Positions 1 through 34,932 of a stretch of 64,000 bases of DNA are shown piece by piece. This DNA comes from the human T2T-CHM13v2.0 reference genome, Homo sapiens. The stretch is from the NCBI RefSeq assembly GCF_009914755.1, contig NC_060941.1. One strand, written 5' to 3'. The first letter of the stretch is position 1. Every line of letters starts with the position of its first letter. The notes under the pieces are model-generated. The model was not told where the DNA came from and ran no database searches. It worked only from the letters and a program-made list of their open reading frames with translations. The position numbers and the translations under genes are program-made.

Positions 1-5060
<5,060 letters not shown>

Positions 5061-5065
5061 AGTAG

Positions 5066-5287
<222 letters not shown>

Positions 5288-5615
5288 TGAGGGCCCGGCT
5301 GAGGGCTGGGGGGCGGGCGAGGGAGAGCCCCAGGGCTGAGTGTACACAGGGGCCCATGGACTGATGGGTGTGACTTGTGCACGTCTCCCTAGGAACCGGG
5401 GATGGGAGTGAGCTTGTCCTTGTCGATTTTGTGTGGTTTAACATTCAGGCCGCAACCTTGCTTTAAGCACCAACTATGCACCAGGCTCTTCTTTAGACAC
5501 TGGGGATGCAACGATGGGGAAACAAAGACATTGTCCTGCCCTCTAATACCTCACAGCCTGGAAGAGAAGGCAGGCATGTAAATATTTTATGGCAGTGCAG
5601 GACAATAAGTGATAG

Positions 5616-6026
<411 letters not shown>

Positions 6027-6887
6027 TAGGTGAGAGCACTGCTTGGTGTCTCTGGGATTGCCAGCCATGGGAGGAAGGAGAGGCAGCAGGCAGCAGGGTG
6101 CAGTTGGTGCATCATCCAGGCCATCAGAGAGACTGGTCCTGTTGCTAATGACAGTCACAGCAGCTGGCGTTTACTGAGCCCTGGCTGTGTGCTGCCACTA
6201 TGCTGATATAATTCTTATTGCAACACTGTTGGGGGTGTTTTATTATGCCTACTCTCCAGATGATAAAACTGAAGCCCAGAGGTTGTGTGTCTTATCCAAG
6301 GTCACCTGTTTAGTAAGAGGCTCAGCCAGCATGCTAACCCAGGAGGGGTAACCCACTGTGCTTTTCAGTTCCCATTAAATCTAACACTAGACAACCACTT
6401 AATAATGGAAAAATACATGTGTCATATGTAGTGGGTGTTTCAATAAGGGTCCTGGCAGGAAACAGTCTCTTACACAGAGTAATGGAGAAGTTAAATGAAG
6501 AAGAGGTGTGGGCAGGGGGTAGGGAAACCACAGGGACACTATAGTGCCCCAGGGTTGCAGCAGAGAGGAGCTGCCACCAGCCCTAGGCCTCAAAGCGCAA
6601 GGGGGAAGGGAGGTTACCGGCACCTGGAAGGTATGGAGAAGGCTGCCTGGTCACCATTAACCATGGAGAGCCCAAAGAAGACACACCCCACGGCCTCTGC
6701 TCCCCCCTCGGACCTCTAGCCAGTGCCTCTCATGGGCCAAGCTCAGGAGAGAACCAGGCAACCTGACAGAGGCGGTCCGTAGTGGTCAGCCTCCGGGGGC
6801 AGAGAGCAGGGGGAGAAGGGTGGAGGAGGGTGGAGAGCCAACGGAGAGGGGCAAACAATTTCAGCCCAGAGAACAAGAGAGATGTAA

Positions 6888-7871
<984 letters not shown>

Positions 7872-9562
7872 CCCTTCTCCGGCCTGCAGCCTCCCCCAGG
7901 GTGGAAGCCGTGGGGTCCCTCAGGCCTGGGCGGTGCAGCTTCCAGAGAGCGAGCGCCCTTTAGCGGCCTGCCACCACAGCACGCGGCCTCCTGATCCGGA
8001 AGCACGCAGCATGTTCCCTGCTGAGCGGAGGCAGCCCACCTGTCCTGCCTCCCAGGAGCCCTTGGCCACCTCGCGCCAGCCCAAAGGCGCAGCTCTGAGT
8101 TCAAAGCCAAATGTCCCCACTACCCCAGGGATCCCCCAGCTCCCCCAGCCCCTGGCTTCCTGACCCTGCGCCTCACCCTCAGACTGGTGACCAGGCTTCT
8201 GAAAGCCATTCTGGATCAGTTGGCTTTTTTTTTTTTTTGGTTAAGTTTGTTTTTTCTAAGAGATTTGCAATGCAAGGTCTCCTTGACCCCTTGCCACAAC
8301 TGGAAACACTTGAAAGGGGACCCCAGGGCCAGCTGTTTCAGGGGTTTCCTGGACCACCCACTGCTTCTCCCCAACCCTGATGCGCTGACATTCCCTTAGC
8401 ACCAGCTGTCCCACCTCCAGGGTCCTGACCAGGTCAGAGATGTCCCCTGCCATGCAGAGCAGGAAGCCTCAGCTGGGCCTGGAGTGTCCCTGCTCCAGCC
8501 CTGCCAGGGACAGGTTTCTCCCTGGATACTCTTGGCCCACCGCAGATCTGTAGCCAGTCAGAGGAGGAGGAGAAGGAGCCCCTCAGCAGAGTGGTGCAGT
8601 TTCGCTCAGAGCTTGTCTCCTTGGCTTCCAACCCCAGAAATGCCTGCTGGGCCTTAAGCTTTCCAGGGGCCGGGGCAGTGGGGAGCCCCCATCCCTTCAC
8701 ACCGCCACCAACTAACCAAGCTTGGCCTCTGACTCCCGTCTCTGTGCTTGCCCCCATCTCAGGGACCATGATGTCTCAGTCACTCCACGCTCCCCACAGG
8801 CCAACCCTGGCACAGGTCATGTCTGCAGCCCCCAGAATGTTCTGGACATGCACCACCAGCCGGTGGTCCCAATGTCCACCCCTGCCTCCCCTTCACTGGG
8901 GACTGGGGTTTTCGCCCCATGCTGCATCGTGTTGTATTGGGATGGGGCTGAGGAACATGCTCCCTCCCTCCCTCCCATAAAATGCCTGCTCTTCACCTCC
9001 CACCTTTGTGGGGGGCTTTTGAGGACCCAGCTGCGTCAGGAGTTTTGCTTCAAGATGTCAGAAAGTCAAGTTCAGCTAAGAGACACCCAGGTCCCCAGCT
9101 TGCCCTGAGCAGCCCTTCAGGGCTTCTGGTTCCTTCTGCCGCCCTTCCTGAGACCTTAGAAACCAGAAGAGCCATACAGTCAGTGGAAGGCGGGGGGGCC
9201 CTGGCCTCTGCACCGGGATCCCAGTGGGAACCTTCATGCCTTATTTATTTCTAATGGGTAAAGGGGTTTTCTTACCAAGCATCCCTGACCTCCTGGAGAC
9301 ACCACCTGCTTTCCGGGCGGCACTGTGATGGGAGCTGGTGGCGACTGAGTCCTTCTGTACGTGCAACTGGGAAACTTTTGTCCTTTGAGGCTAGGCAGCT
9401 CCCTGCCCTCCGTGTGTGTCTGTTATCTGGGGGAGAGGAGTGTGGAAGGGTTGGGGGAAGAGCTCCAGCCTGTCTGCTCCCCAGCTCTGTAGTGGCAGAC
9501 CAGCGTCACCTTTGAAGTATACGTGAGAGAAATATATTTACAAATGCTTTATTCTCTTCTTT

Positions 9563-9568
9563 AATAAA
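9563..9568 (+). terminator. Probable CDR2L polyadenylation signal, closing a 3'UTR of about 1.7 kb
   Basis: AATAAA in an AT-rich context at the end of an Alu-free stretch following the stop codon. Confidence 0.75.
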
Positions 9569-9935
9569 AAATGCACCAGTATTCTAAAAGCAAAAATGGC
9601 CCATCTCTGTGCATCTCACACACCTGCCTCGCGTCACGCCCAGCCATGGGAGAGGGTAACATCCTGTGTCCCACTTCCCTGAGACTGAACAGCTCCAAAT
9701 AGCAGGCTCTGGCAGAAGTTTCTATATTTATTGAGGGCCAGCTAGGGATACATGGTGAACAAGCCAGCAGGGCCCCTCTTCCCTTGGAGTTTATATTCTG
9801 GTGTGGGGAGATCCACCCAAAATAAACAAACAAAAGATACGGCATGATGGAAAAATCGGGGCAAGAGGGTAGTGCTACCTCAGCTAGAGCACGTGGGCCC
9901 AACAGGGTGAACCAAGTTAAAAAAAAAAAAAAATC

Positions 9936-14542
<4,607 letters not shown>

Positions 14543-16099
14543 CTATGTAGGTCCTATGTAGGACCCCCTACATAGGAATAGTACCCCAACTCATAGGCCC
14601 TATAGAAAGGCTTGTGTCTGCAAGCTCCTCAGCTGCCAGAAATGACCTCTTTCCTCTCTTCTCCCATGAATGTCCCCTCCCTGAAGCACCATCTTGGCCT
14701 ATAGAAAACCAAGGAGGAGAAAGGGAAGACTGGCCTCAGCCTTTAGTGCCCATCTTTTTGGGAGAACAGGTGGCCCCTTTCTGGCCTTTCTCCCAGGGCC
14801 CCCATTCTGGATAGTTCACGGCAGCAGCAGGTAAGAGGAGCTTGCCAGCTGCTCCTCTCTCCACCCCAGGGCGGCTTGCCTCATTCTCTCCTCTACCCAC
14901 CTCCTCTCCCAGAATCCAGGCCACCAGATGGCCCAAGCAGGCTGTGTTTATTTGGGGCCATGGAAACCTGCAGCTTCCTTTTCCTATTGCCTTGGGTCAG
15001 GTGCAGAGCTGGAGCCCAGCCTCAGAGCAATGATGTCATGGAAAGGTTCTGACTTTATTACTCATAACCCCTTAGCCCCCGACCTGAGTGAATGCCTGGT
15101 TTTGCTCCTCTGAGCAGCTTATTCCAGTTGCCATAGAGATGCGTCTATTCCCTTTGAGGTCTTGGGACTAAGTCAAACAGCGCGGGACCCAGGAGACTCT
15201 CCTCCCAACCCGAGATAGAGCCCGAGATATGTCAATTGTCACCCCTTTCTAGTCTGAGCTTATAAAGCCAGTGCTTAGAAAGTGGTTTATTCCTTCTTAA
15301 AGATTTGCTGTAGCCATAATGCGGAGATGGTAAAAGCTTGGTGTGATGACAATCTCCTGTTTCAATCAGCCAGCATCCCCGGGGGCACATTTTTCTAGAT
15401 AATTATGCTTGTTCCTAAAAATAGAACTCTTCATTAAGAAACAATCGCTAGCATTACTAATAATTATGAACATTTATTTAGCTTTGTTTCCATTTACCAC
15501 ATAGCCTCTCAACACAGTAACTTAACTAAGGTTTAGCTGTTTTCAAACACTGCTTGCTCTACTGTGAACCTTTTTCAGAATTGGAACTTGTCTGTAGTTC
15601 ATCCCTTACCAGCGCTATGAAAGGGTTCTAGTTAGCTGGCAGTTCTCTGAATTCTCTCCCTACCTCCCGAGGGACCCCCTCTCTCCTGGCTGGAAGAAAG
15701 CATCATCTTGCTCCATAAAGCTGAAGGGCGGGGGACGATGTTCCAGGTTTTGCAAACATTTCTTTCGGTGGCCTGCCTTCTCCTCCCATCTGGTATTTGT
15801 CCTGCAGAGCTGCTGGGTATAAGCCAGTACACACACGTGCTCAGCGGGGAATTTGCTCATAGGCTGCCTTGTAAAAAGAGCCTGGCGTTCCTAAAACTCA
15901 GCTCTACCAGAACCCAACTTTCAAAAGTACATTCCTACAGAATTCATTTTATCAGTACTCATGGGGTGCCCACGATGTGCCATGTTCTGGGTGCTGGGGA
16001 TATACCAGTGAGCCGGTGCCCTCCTGGAGCTCACATTCCGGCTAGGAGACAGCAATTAGACAATTAGGACTGAGTGATTTTTGTAAAGGAAGAGAAAAA

Positions 16100-16837
<738 letters not shown>

Positions 16838-17099
16838 TAGCGCGAGATGTGCAGGAGCCCGGAAGGCCGGCTGGGTATGCTTCTTTCAAGGCTGCCAGCT
16901 TTTCTACGTTCGTGTCCTTGGCCCTCAAGACCAAATTCCAGTCCCAAGGGGAAATACGGGCATTCTGGCCCTCCAAGGCGGACAATAAAGGCAAGAGGCT
17001 GCCAAGTTGTTTGCTACCCTTTGGGACGTTACAGTGTCCATTGTCTCTAGTAACCCCAGGACGCGCGAATAAAACAGCTTCTCTGTCGTTCCTTCAGGA

Positions 17100-19530
<2,431 letters not shown>

Positions 19531-20050
19531 TCATCCCCAAATAATTCTTTTTCTTTTTCTTTTTTCTTTTTTTCTGAGACAAAGTCTCGTTAGCTGTCAC
19601 CCAGGCTGGAGTGCAGTGTCCCAGGCAGGAGTGCAGTGTCCTGATCTCAGCTCACTGCAACCTCCATCTCCTGGGTTCAAGCAATCCTGCCTCAGCCTTT
19701 GTATTTTTAGTAGAGGGGAGGTTTCACCATGTTGTCCAGGCTGGTCTCCAACTCCTGACTTGAAGTGATCCACCCGTCTCGGCCTCCCAAAGTGCTGGGA
19801 TTACAGGCGTGAGCCACTGCACCCGGCCAACTCCCAAATAATTCTAAGATAAAAGAAATGAAGACAGGCTGGGCGTGGTGGCTCACGCCTGTAATCTTAG
19901 CACTTTGGGAGGCCAAGGCGGGCAGCTCTCTTGAGGTCAGGAGCTCGAAACCAGTCTGGCCAACATGGTGAAACCCCATCTCTACTAAAAATACAAAAAA
20001 AAAAAACAACAATAGCTAGGCATGGTGGCATGCGCCTGTAATCCCAGCTA

Positions 20051-20158
<108 letters not shown>

Positions 20159-20822
20159 TCAAAAAAAAAAGAAATGAAGGCAGTCGGGAGTGCACCTGAG
20201 GATACTGATGCTTTGAGCCTGGAGGGCCAGAAAAGCCTCGGAGTGGGTGGCGTTTGCACTGGGCCTTGTGGATACAAAGATTTAAGGCTGAAGGGCGTTG
20301 CTGCTTGAGGAACAGCAAGAGAGAGAGAGACATGGAGGTGAGAAGTCCTGGAGTGAGTAGTTAGTTTGACAGAAACCCTCAGGGTGCAATTATAGTCACT
20401 GTCCAAGGTGGACTGCCTTGTGTGGGAGTCTCCTGTGGCCCCGGAAAGAACAGGGTGGCCCACCAGGCTTGTTGCTCCAGGTTGACAGAGGGTGTTGCTT
20501 TTGGAGGTTCCCTGATGCATGTGCACTGTGGCTCCCCCTCCCGCTGGAGCCAGGCCTCTGATGGTGCCTGACACTAGCTAAGGCTAGGGCAGGGAAGGCT
20601 GGAGACATCAGATCCATTTTCGTAGAGGAGTGTTTCTGAGGTGGTACCTCTGGAGTCTGAGGATGCTTTTTCTGTCATCGTGATATCATTTTGCAGGGGA
20701 CCTGAAAATACTAATGTACAATGTTTGTGTTGTGGCTTTACATCATTTCTTTGTTGCCTTGAACCAGTTAGGAGTCACCCAGCAGGTAATATTTATTTGA
20801 CACTGTGTACATTACATTACAG

Positions 20823-21043
<221 letters not shown>

Positions 21044-21138
21044 TTAAAAATTAAAAAAAAAAAATCATGCCTGTTGGCCGGGCATGGTGTCTCATACCTG
21101 TAATCCCAACAATATGGGAGGCCAAGGTGGGTAGATCA

Positions 21139-21706
<568 letters not shown>

Positions 21707-21906
21707 TCACACATTCCTTCCAGATCTCTCCAGCCCAATTAAAGTAAAGAGACTATCTCGGGTGTGCAGAAGTAGAATCTTTGCAGCATTATTTAGAATA
21801 GCAAATAAATGATGGTGTGGCCAGTCGCATCGTACTGTGCCGTGTGCCACGTGAGTGTAGAGCTCTTGACATTCTCATGACGTGGAGCACTCTTTACAAT
21901 AGATGA

Positions 21907-22215
<309 letters not shown>

Positions 22216-23405
22216 TGATCTGCACACCTCAGCCTCCCAAAGTGCTGGGATTACAGGTGTGAGCCACCGTGCCCAGCCTGAAATATCTATTTCTGAATAT
22301 CTGTATCTATATTTATATCCCTATCTGTGTAGAGAGATATCTATATCTGAAAGGAACACCCTGGATACAGTGACTGCCTGGAGGAATAGAGAGATAAGAC
22401 AAACTTGGTGGCTGAGAGACAAGAGTGAAAGACATTTCCATGTAAATAAACCATTTACATAACTGTAAAATTTTTTACCTGTCAAGCATAAGCAAGGCCT
22501 AACAGTTACAGCCTGTAAAGAAACAATGAGCCTTTTTTAGATTCGGAGAGTGTATGACTTCCATAGACAGTGCGAGGAAAAGCAGCCAAAGGTGCTGGCT
22601 CCCTGTGGCCCTTGCTCAAGATGACTCAAACAGAGGCCAGATGACCACAACCCAAGGGACAGGACACCCTGTGGCTGAGGAGCGAATACCATGCTGCAGT
22701 GAAGCAGTTTTGTAGCTTGAAGCTGTGCCCGCCTGTAGTCTCAGCTACTTGAGAGGCTGAGGTGGAAGGATCCCTTGAGCCCGGGATGTTCGCTTCAGCC
22801 TGGGATGTTGAGGCTGCAGTGAGCCGTCATTGTGCCACTGGACTCCAGCCTGGGTGCCAGAGTGAGACCCTGTCTCAAAAAAAAAAAAATGAAGCTGTGC
22901 CCTAAGGGGTGCATGTGTGTAGGGGAGGAGGCAGAAAGCCTCCTATCTCATCAGAACTGGAGGCGAAGAGAAGTGTCTTGTGACAGCCTCCTAGGGGGAG
23001 ACAGGCAGGCAAGTGGGCAGTAGCTCGGTAGTAGCTCCTCACCAGCCTCCCACACTCTCATGGATCCCGAAGCGTTCCATTCCTATGAAGACTTTGGTCA
23101 GCTGCAGCTCAAGCTTTGGCCATGTGCAAGGTTGCCAGCAATCACCATGGCAGAACTGTTCCCCTGCAGTGGCACGTGTACTTGTTACCTAGTCAGAAAG
23201 TGGATTTAATTTGATTTTTCCAAAGGAGGAAATCCTCTTAAAAGCAGTCCCAAGATGAGTCACTACTGCTCACTGGGACCAGCTCTCTGCCACCGTGGTG
23301 CCACAGTTCCTTGCCACCCAAACTTCTTGCAGTTTTTGAAATTTTCCCAATATAATAACTTCCCTACATTCCTCAGACACAACAAGACTGCTTTTCATGC
23401 CATGA

Positions 23406-23543
<138 letters not shown>

Positions 23544-23861
23544 TAGCTGGGAGATGGGCTTGAGGAGCTCTGTGTTTGTGTTCATATGGAATAAAGGGAT
23601 TTTTCAGCAGAAGCTTTAATACTGCCAGCTTATAATAATCCTCTTTATTCTTTTGAATGTGGTCTGATTCTCAGACATTCAGCTGTGGGTTGCTAGGACT
23701 AGGATCGGCTTGTGAGTCTAAACAAAGAGAAATCACAGTTGTGAGGTGGCAGCCAGCTCCAAGAACAGGTTTCTTTCATTCTGGTGCAACCCATTCCCTC
23801 CATTTTTTTTTTTTTTTTTTTTGAACCCAGTAAAACTGTAAGAGAAGGACTGGGTGCTTAG

Positions 23862-24419
<558 letters not shown>

Positions 24420-24532
24420 TAAGATGCTATAAACTGATTTGTGTGGACAAGAGTCTACACAGGTAAGGAAGGGGCAGGGGAGAGTCCAAGGCCGGCCTTG
24501 GGAGAAACTCTAGGAAGAGGAGAGGATGCTGA

Positions 24533-24751
<219 letters not shown>

Positions 24752-26299
24752 AATCACCCTCTGCAGCTGGGAGGGCTCTTCTGGGCGTCCGGGCAGCTGC
24801 AGCTGAGAGGACTTTCACACCATAAGGAGATTTCTGTTTTTCTTTTTGGCTGTTAATGCTTGTCTATAACATTGGAGCCATCACAAGAATGTTCATTTGG
24901 AATGAAGGCTGCAGGCACTGGTTGCAGACGTCTTTATAGGCAGTCACCATGTTGTCAAACCTTAATAATGCACCTCATGTATTAGTCACAATAAAAATCA
25001 GAACTCATTAGGCTTCCCTTCTCATTCAGAATGCTTCAGAAAACAATTCCTACCTTTTCTCTCAGTTAAATCAGCCGCACAGTTATCGACACAGCACTGG
25101 GGAACAGGAAAGGGTTCTGGTGTCTGCTGTGAAAGAACACACAGGCCAGGCGTGGTGGCTCACGCCTGTAATCCAAACACTTTGGAAGCCAAGGCAGGAG
25201 GATCACACGAGGTCAGGAGGTCAAAACCAGCCTGAGCAACATAGCAAGATCTCATCTCTACAAGAACTACAAAAATTAGCCAGGTGTGGTGATACATGTC
25301 CATAGTCCCAGCAACTTGGGAGGCTGAGGCAGGAGGATCACTTGAGCCCCCCAGGAGTTCAAGGTTGCAGTGAACCATAATTGCACCACTGCAGCCTGAG
25401 TGACAGAGCAAGACCGTGTCTCAAAAAAAAAAAAAAACCACCGGGCGTGGTGTCTCACACCTGTAATCCCAGCACTTTGGGAGGCTGAGGTGACCAGCCT
25501 GGCCAACGTGGTGAAACCCTATCTCTACTAAAATAGGTGGTGGGCACCTGTAATCCCAGCTACTCGGGCCGAGGCAGGAGAATTGCTTGAACCCAGGAGG
25601 GTGACGTTGCAGTAAGCCAAAATCACACCACTGCACTCCAGCCTGGGCAACAGAGCCAGACTCCGTCTCAAAAACAAAACAAAAAGAAACTACACACACA
25701 ACCAGGTAGGAGGGCTGAGACAGGTAAGTGGGCATTTGAGCCGGGCTATGGAAAAGGCATGGGACTTTCATCAGTAGACGGGAGGCGGACATGCCATTTG
25801 AAGGGAACAATGAACACAAGAGACAAAAGAGGCTGAGGTGGAGGGGGTGACAAAGAAGGCAAAGGCACTGAATGGTGGATTCGTGCAGGGTGATCCACCA
25901 TTGCAGCGGGAGGTGAACCCAGAGAGAGACCGGCTTGATGTGGAGAGCCTTGAATTCAAGTTAAGGAGTTTAGGTTCTTTTATTTTTGAGATGGAGTCTC
26001 ACTCTGCCATCCAGGCTGGAGTGCAATAGCGTGATCTTGGCTCACTGCAACCTCCTTCGCCCAGGTTAAAGCGATTCTCCTGCCTCAGCTTCCCCAGTAG
26101 CTGGGGTTACAGGTGCATGCCACCATGCACAGCTAATTTTTGTATTTTTGTAGAGATGGGGTTTCACCATGTTGGCTGGGCTGCTCTTGAACTCCTGACC
26201 TCAGGTGATCCGCCCACTTCGGCCTCCCAAAGTGCTGGTATCACAGGCGTGAGCCACTGCACCCGGCAAAGGTTTTAAGAGATGTGGGTAACAGAAAGC

Positions 26300-26659
26300 T
26301 GTTGGGAGAAAAGCTGAGCGTTGGGAGAAAAGCTGAGTGTTGGGAGAGAAGCTGAGGCAGGGCTTGCATGTCTGCTAGACTTGCTGGCTCCTTGCTTCTA
26401 GCACTCCCATTCTCTCAAGCAGCCGTATGTTTCTCCTTCACTTGATACACTTTCTTTTCAACCCCCACATCCTCACCACCTGTTTCTTTGAGCACCAATA
26501 AATACCGTGGGCTCCCAGAGCTGGGGGTCTTCACAGCCTCAACACTGGCGATGGCTCCCTGGTGCTACTTTCTCTCTCAAACTGTCTTTTTCTAATTCCT
26601 TTGACTCCGCTGGACTTTGTTGCCCCCATGACCTGGTGTTGGGTCTGATCACCTCAACA
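26300..26659 (+). mobile_element. 5' LTR (LTR14A-like)
   Basis: TGTTGGGAGAAAAGCTGAG...GATCACCTCAACA; AATAAA at 26497; followed by PBS-like TGGCTGCCCAACGTGGGG (about 26664-26681) matching the tRNA-Lys(CUU) 3' end with a 1-nt insertion. Confidence 0.88.
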
Positions 26660-26808
26660 TTCCTGGCTGCCCAACGTGGGGTGACAAAGACCCTGGTGAA
26701 GGAACGCTAGAGCGTGTGAAAGCGGAGAACACATCGTCAAAGGACACCCAAAGGCGTCTAAAAGAAGCTCGGCAGGAAAGCTGAGCGCTCGGAAGAACCA
26801 GGGTAACA

Positions 26809-28745
<1,937 letters not shown>

Positions 28746-28832
28746 CATGCCCTTACAAACGTGCAACAATTGTCCCCCACTTCAGCAGGCAGTGCTGCCA
28801 TAGACCTCTACAGCACAATTACCATCTCCTTA

Positions 28833-29486
28833 GGAGAGGTGAAGCCGACTGGGCTTCTGGGTCGGGTGGGGACTTGGGTAACTTTTCTGTCTACCTAAGG
28901 ATTGTAAACACATCAATCAGCACTCTGTCTAGCTAAAGGTTTGTAAACGCACCAATCAGCACTGTGTAAAAACGGACCAATCACCTCTCTGTAAAATGGA
29001 CCAATCAGCAGGATGTGGGTGGGGCCAAGTAAGGGAATAAAAGCTGGCCACCCAAGCCGCAGTGGCAATCCGCTGGGGTGCTGTTTCATGCTGTGGAAGC
29101 TTTGTTCTTTTGCTCTTCACAATAAATTTTGCTGCTGCTTCCTCTGGGTCTGCACTACCTTTATGAGCTGTAACACTCACCGTGAGGGTCTGTGGCTTCA
29201 TTCCTGAAGTCAGCAAGGCCACGAACCCATCAGGAGGAACCAACAACTCCAGACGTGCCCCTTTAAGAGCTGTAACACTGCAAAGTTCTGTGGCTTCACT
29301 CCTGAAGTCAAGCGAGACCACAAACCCACCGGAAGGAAGAAACTCCAGACACATCTGAACATCTGAAGGAACAAACTCCGGACACACCATCTTTAAGAGC
29401 TATAACACTTACCATGAGGGTCCGCGGCTTCATTCTTGAAGTCAGCAAGACCAAGAACCCACCAGAAGGAACCAATTCCGGACACA
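28833..29486 (+). mobile_element. Solo LTR12-family (HERV9) element inserted in the dUTPase
   Basis: GAGAGGTGAAGCC..GGGCTTCTGGGTCGGGTGGGGACTTGG start, repeated CCAATCA units, tandem TAAGAGCTGTAACACT/CCTGAAGTCAGC repeats, end CCAATTCCGGACACA; the dUTPase frame resumes after it (ISL|LPGEPPK). Confidence 0.88.
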
Positions 29487-29593
29487 CTTCCTGGGGAGCC
29501 ACCAAAGAAGGTCCCCATGGGAGTTAGGAGACCCTTATCCTCAGGAACAGTCGGTCTATTACTTGGAAGGTCTAGTCTAAATTTAAAAGGTGT

Positions 29594-29897
<304 letters not shown>

Positions 29898-30544
29898 TTA
29901 CTATACATACAGGAATAATTGACTCTGATTATACTGGAGAAATTCAATTTGTTATTAGTTCCTTGACTCTGTGGTCTGCCTCCCCAGGAGAAAGAATTGC
30001 TGATTTGTTGCTGTTACCTTACATAAAACTAGGCAGCAGCACAGTGAAAAGAACAGGAGGCTTTGGTAATAGTAATCCAGCAGGAAAGGCTGTATATTGG
30101 GTTAATCAAGTGTCTGACGAAAGACCTGTTTGCACAGTAACCATTCAGGGAAAAGATTTTGAAGGACTAGCAGATACTGGAGCTGATGTCTCTATTATTG
30201 CTATAAAGCAATGGCCCCTGCACTGGCCTAAACAAAAGGCATCCATTGGTATTGCTGGAGTAGGAGCTGCCTCAGAAGTTTTTCAGAGTTCTTTGATTTT
30301 ACCATCTCAAGGGCCTGATGGTCAGGAAGGGACAATTCAGCCTATCATTATACCTATTCCTGTCAATTTATGGGGTAGAGACTTATTGCAATAATGGGAT
30401 GCTGAAATATCTATTCCTGTGGATCAATATAGTAATAATAGTAGACAAATAATGAAAAATGTGGGATATCACCCAGGAAAAGAACTAGGAAAAAATAAAA
30501 ATGGCCAATCAGAACCTTTAGAAGGACAAACAGATCGGACCGGA

Positions 30545-32830
<2,286 letters not shown>

Positions 32831-32848
32831 CTGTACAGTGCAAATTGA

Positions 32849-33186
<338 letters not shown>

Positions 33187-33921
33187 TAAGCTTCAATTTG
33201 CTTTCTCTGTGCCTTCTGTTAGAAGGGGCCTGCTTCTCGTTATCAAGGTAAGTTTTACCCCGTGGCAATTAACCAAAGAGGCAGAAGCTGAGTTACAAAT
33301 GCTTCAGCAATGGCCTGCCTCCCAGCTGCAGCCACAAAAGTTTTTGCTTCTGTTTCAGTAGATTTACTAACATGGGGGTGAGGGTATGCTTGTGTTTTTG
33401 CAGGAGATGAGCAAACCGTGTAGGTGCCCTCAAAATGTGTATGACCATGGAACAGGAGACTGGAAGGAGCCATGGATCCCAATCATGGACCGGGTTCCCC
33501 CAGTACGAGCCATGCTGAGAAACTGCTGGAACACCAGGATTTTACCTATAGATGCTTAACGGACCAATGCTTTCTGACTGAACTCCTCTCTACCCTGAAT
33601 AGAAGAGACCCTAATAGGGAGGCAGGAATATCATCACCCCATTCAGCATGAAGAAGTTACAGAAAACGGACCTTCATCCTTCTGCAACCCCTAGGATTAA
33701 CGGTCCTCTCGTAAAAGGGAAAGGGGAGATATGTGGGAAGCATCCAAACCAGAGCAATTCCATTTTGAAAAAGGCCTAAGAAAAATGAAGCTGGATCACC
33801 AACCGGCAATTAAGAGCTGCACAGCCTGAAATTGCCTTGCTCAATTAATTTAAAAAAGAGGCCACCTTATGCTAGTAACAATGATAGCTGTGGCAGTTTT
33901 ACAAAAAAGAGAAGGGGGGCA

Positions 33922-34268
33922 TGTTAGGAGAAAAGCTGAGTGTTGGGAGAGAAGCTCAGGCAGGGCTTGCATGTCTGCCAGACTTACTGGCTCCTTGCTT
34001 CTAGCACTCCCATTCTCTCAAGCAGCCATATGTTTCTTATTCACTTGATACACTGTTTCCTTTCAACCCCCACATCCTCACCACTTGTTTCCTTGTTTGA
34101 GCACCAGTAAATAGCGTGGGCTCCTGGCGCTCGGGGCCTTCATAGCCTCCACACTCGCGATGGCCCCCTGGTCCCACTTTCTCTCTCAAACTATCTTTTT
34201 CTCATTCCTTTGACTCCGCCAGACTTTGTCGCCCCCATGACCTGGTGTTGGGTCTGATCACCCCAACA
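33922..34268 (+). mobile_element. 3' LTR (LTR14A-like)
   Basis: Preceded by polypurine tract AAAAAAGAGAAGGGGGG; colinear with the 5' LTR; ends ATCACCCCAACA. Confidence 0.9.
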
Positions 34269-34527
34269 AAACCACTGGGTATCTTGAGTGAGAAAAAGTA
34301 TTGTGTGTTAGGTGCTGCATTAGGCAGTGGATTTTAGAGGCACGAACAGTAAGTTGGAACTGGAAGGAGATTTTTGCAGTCGTCTCAGGCTAGCATTGCA
34401 GTAGTAGATTGCTCTGGCATGTATAAATTTCTTAAACTGTTCTATATGATTTTGATCTATTTTATATGAGTACATGAGTCTAAACAAGGGGAAATTCATC
34501 TATAAATGACTTACAAACTACAAAAAT

Positions 34528-34932
<405 letters not shown>

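Noticed and set aside
29150-29470. Regularly spaced repeats resembling a CRISPR array
   Set aside because: These are the intrinsic tandem repeats of LTR12, with homologous rather than unique spacers, in eukaryotic DNA.
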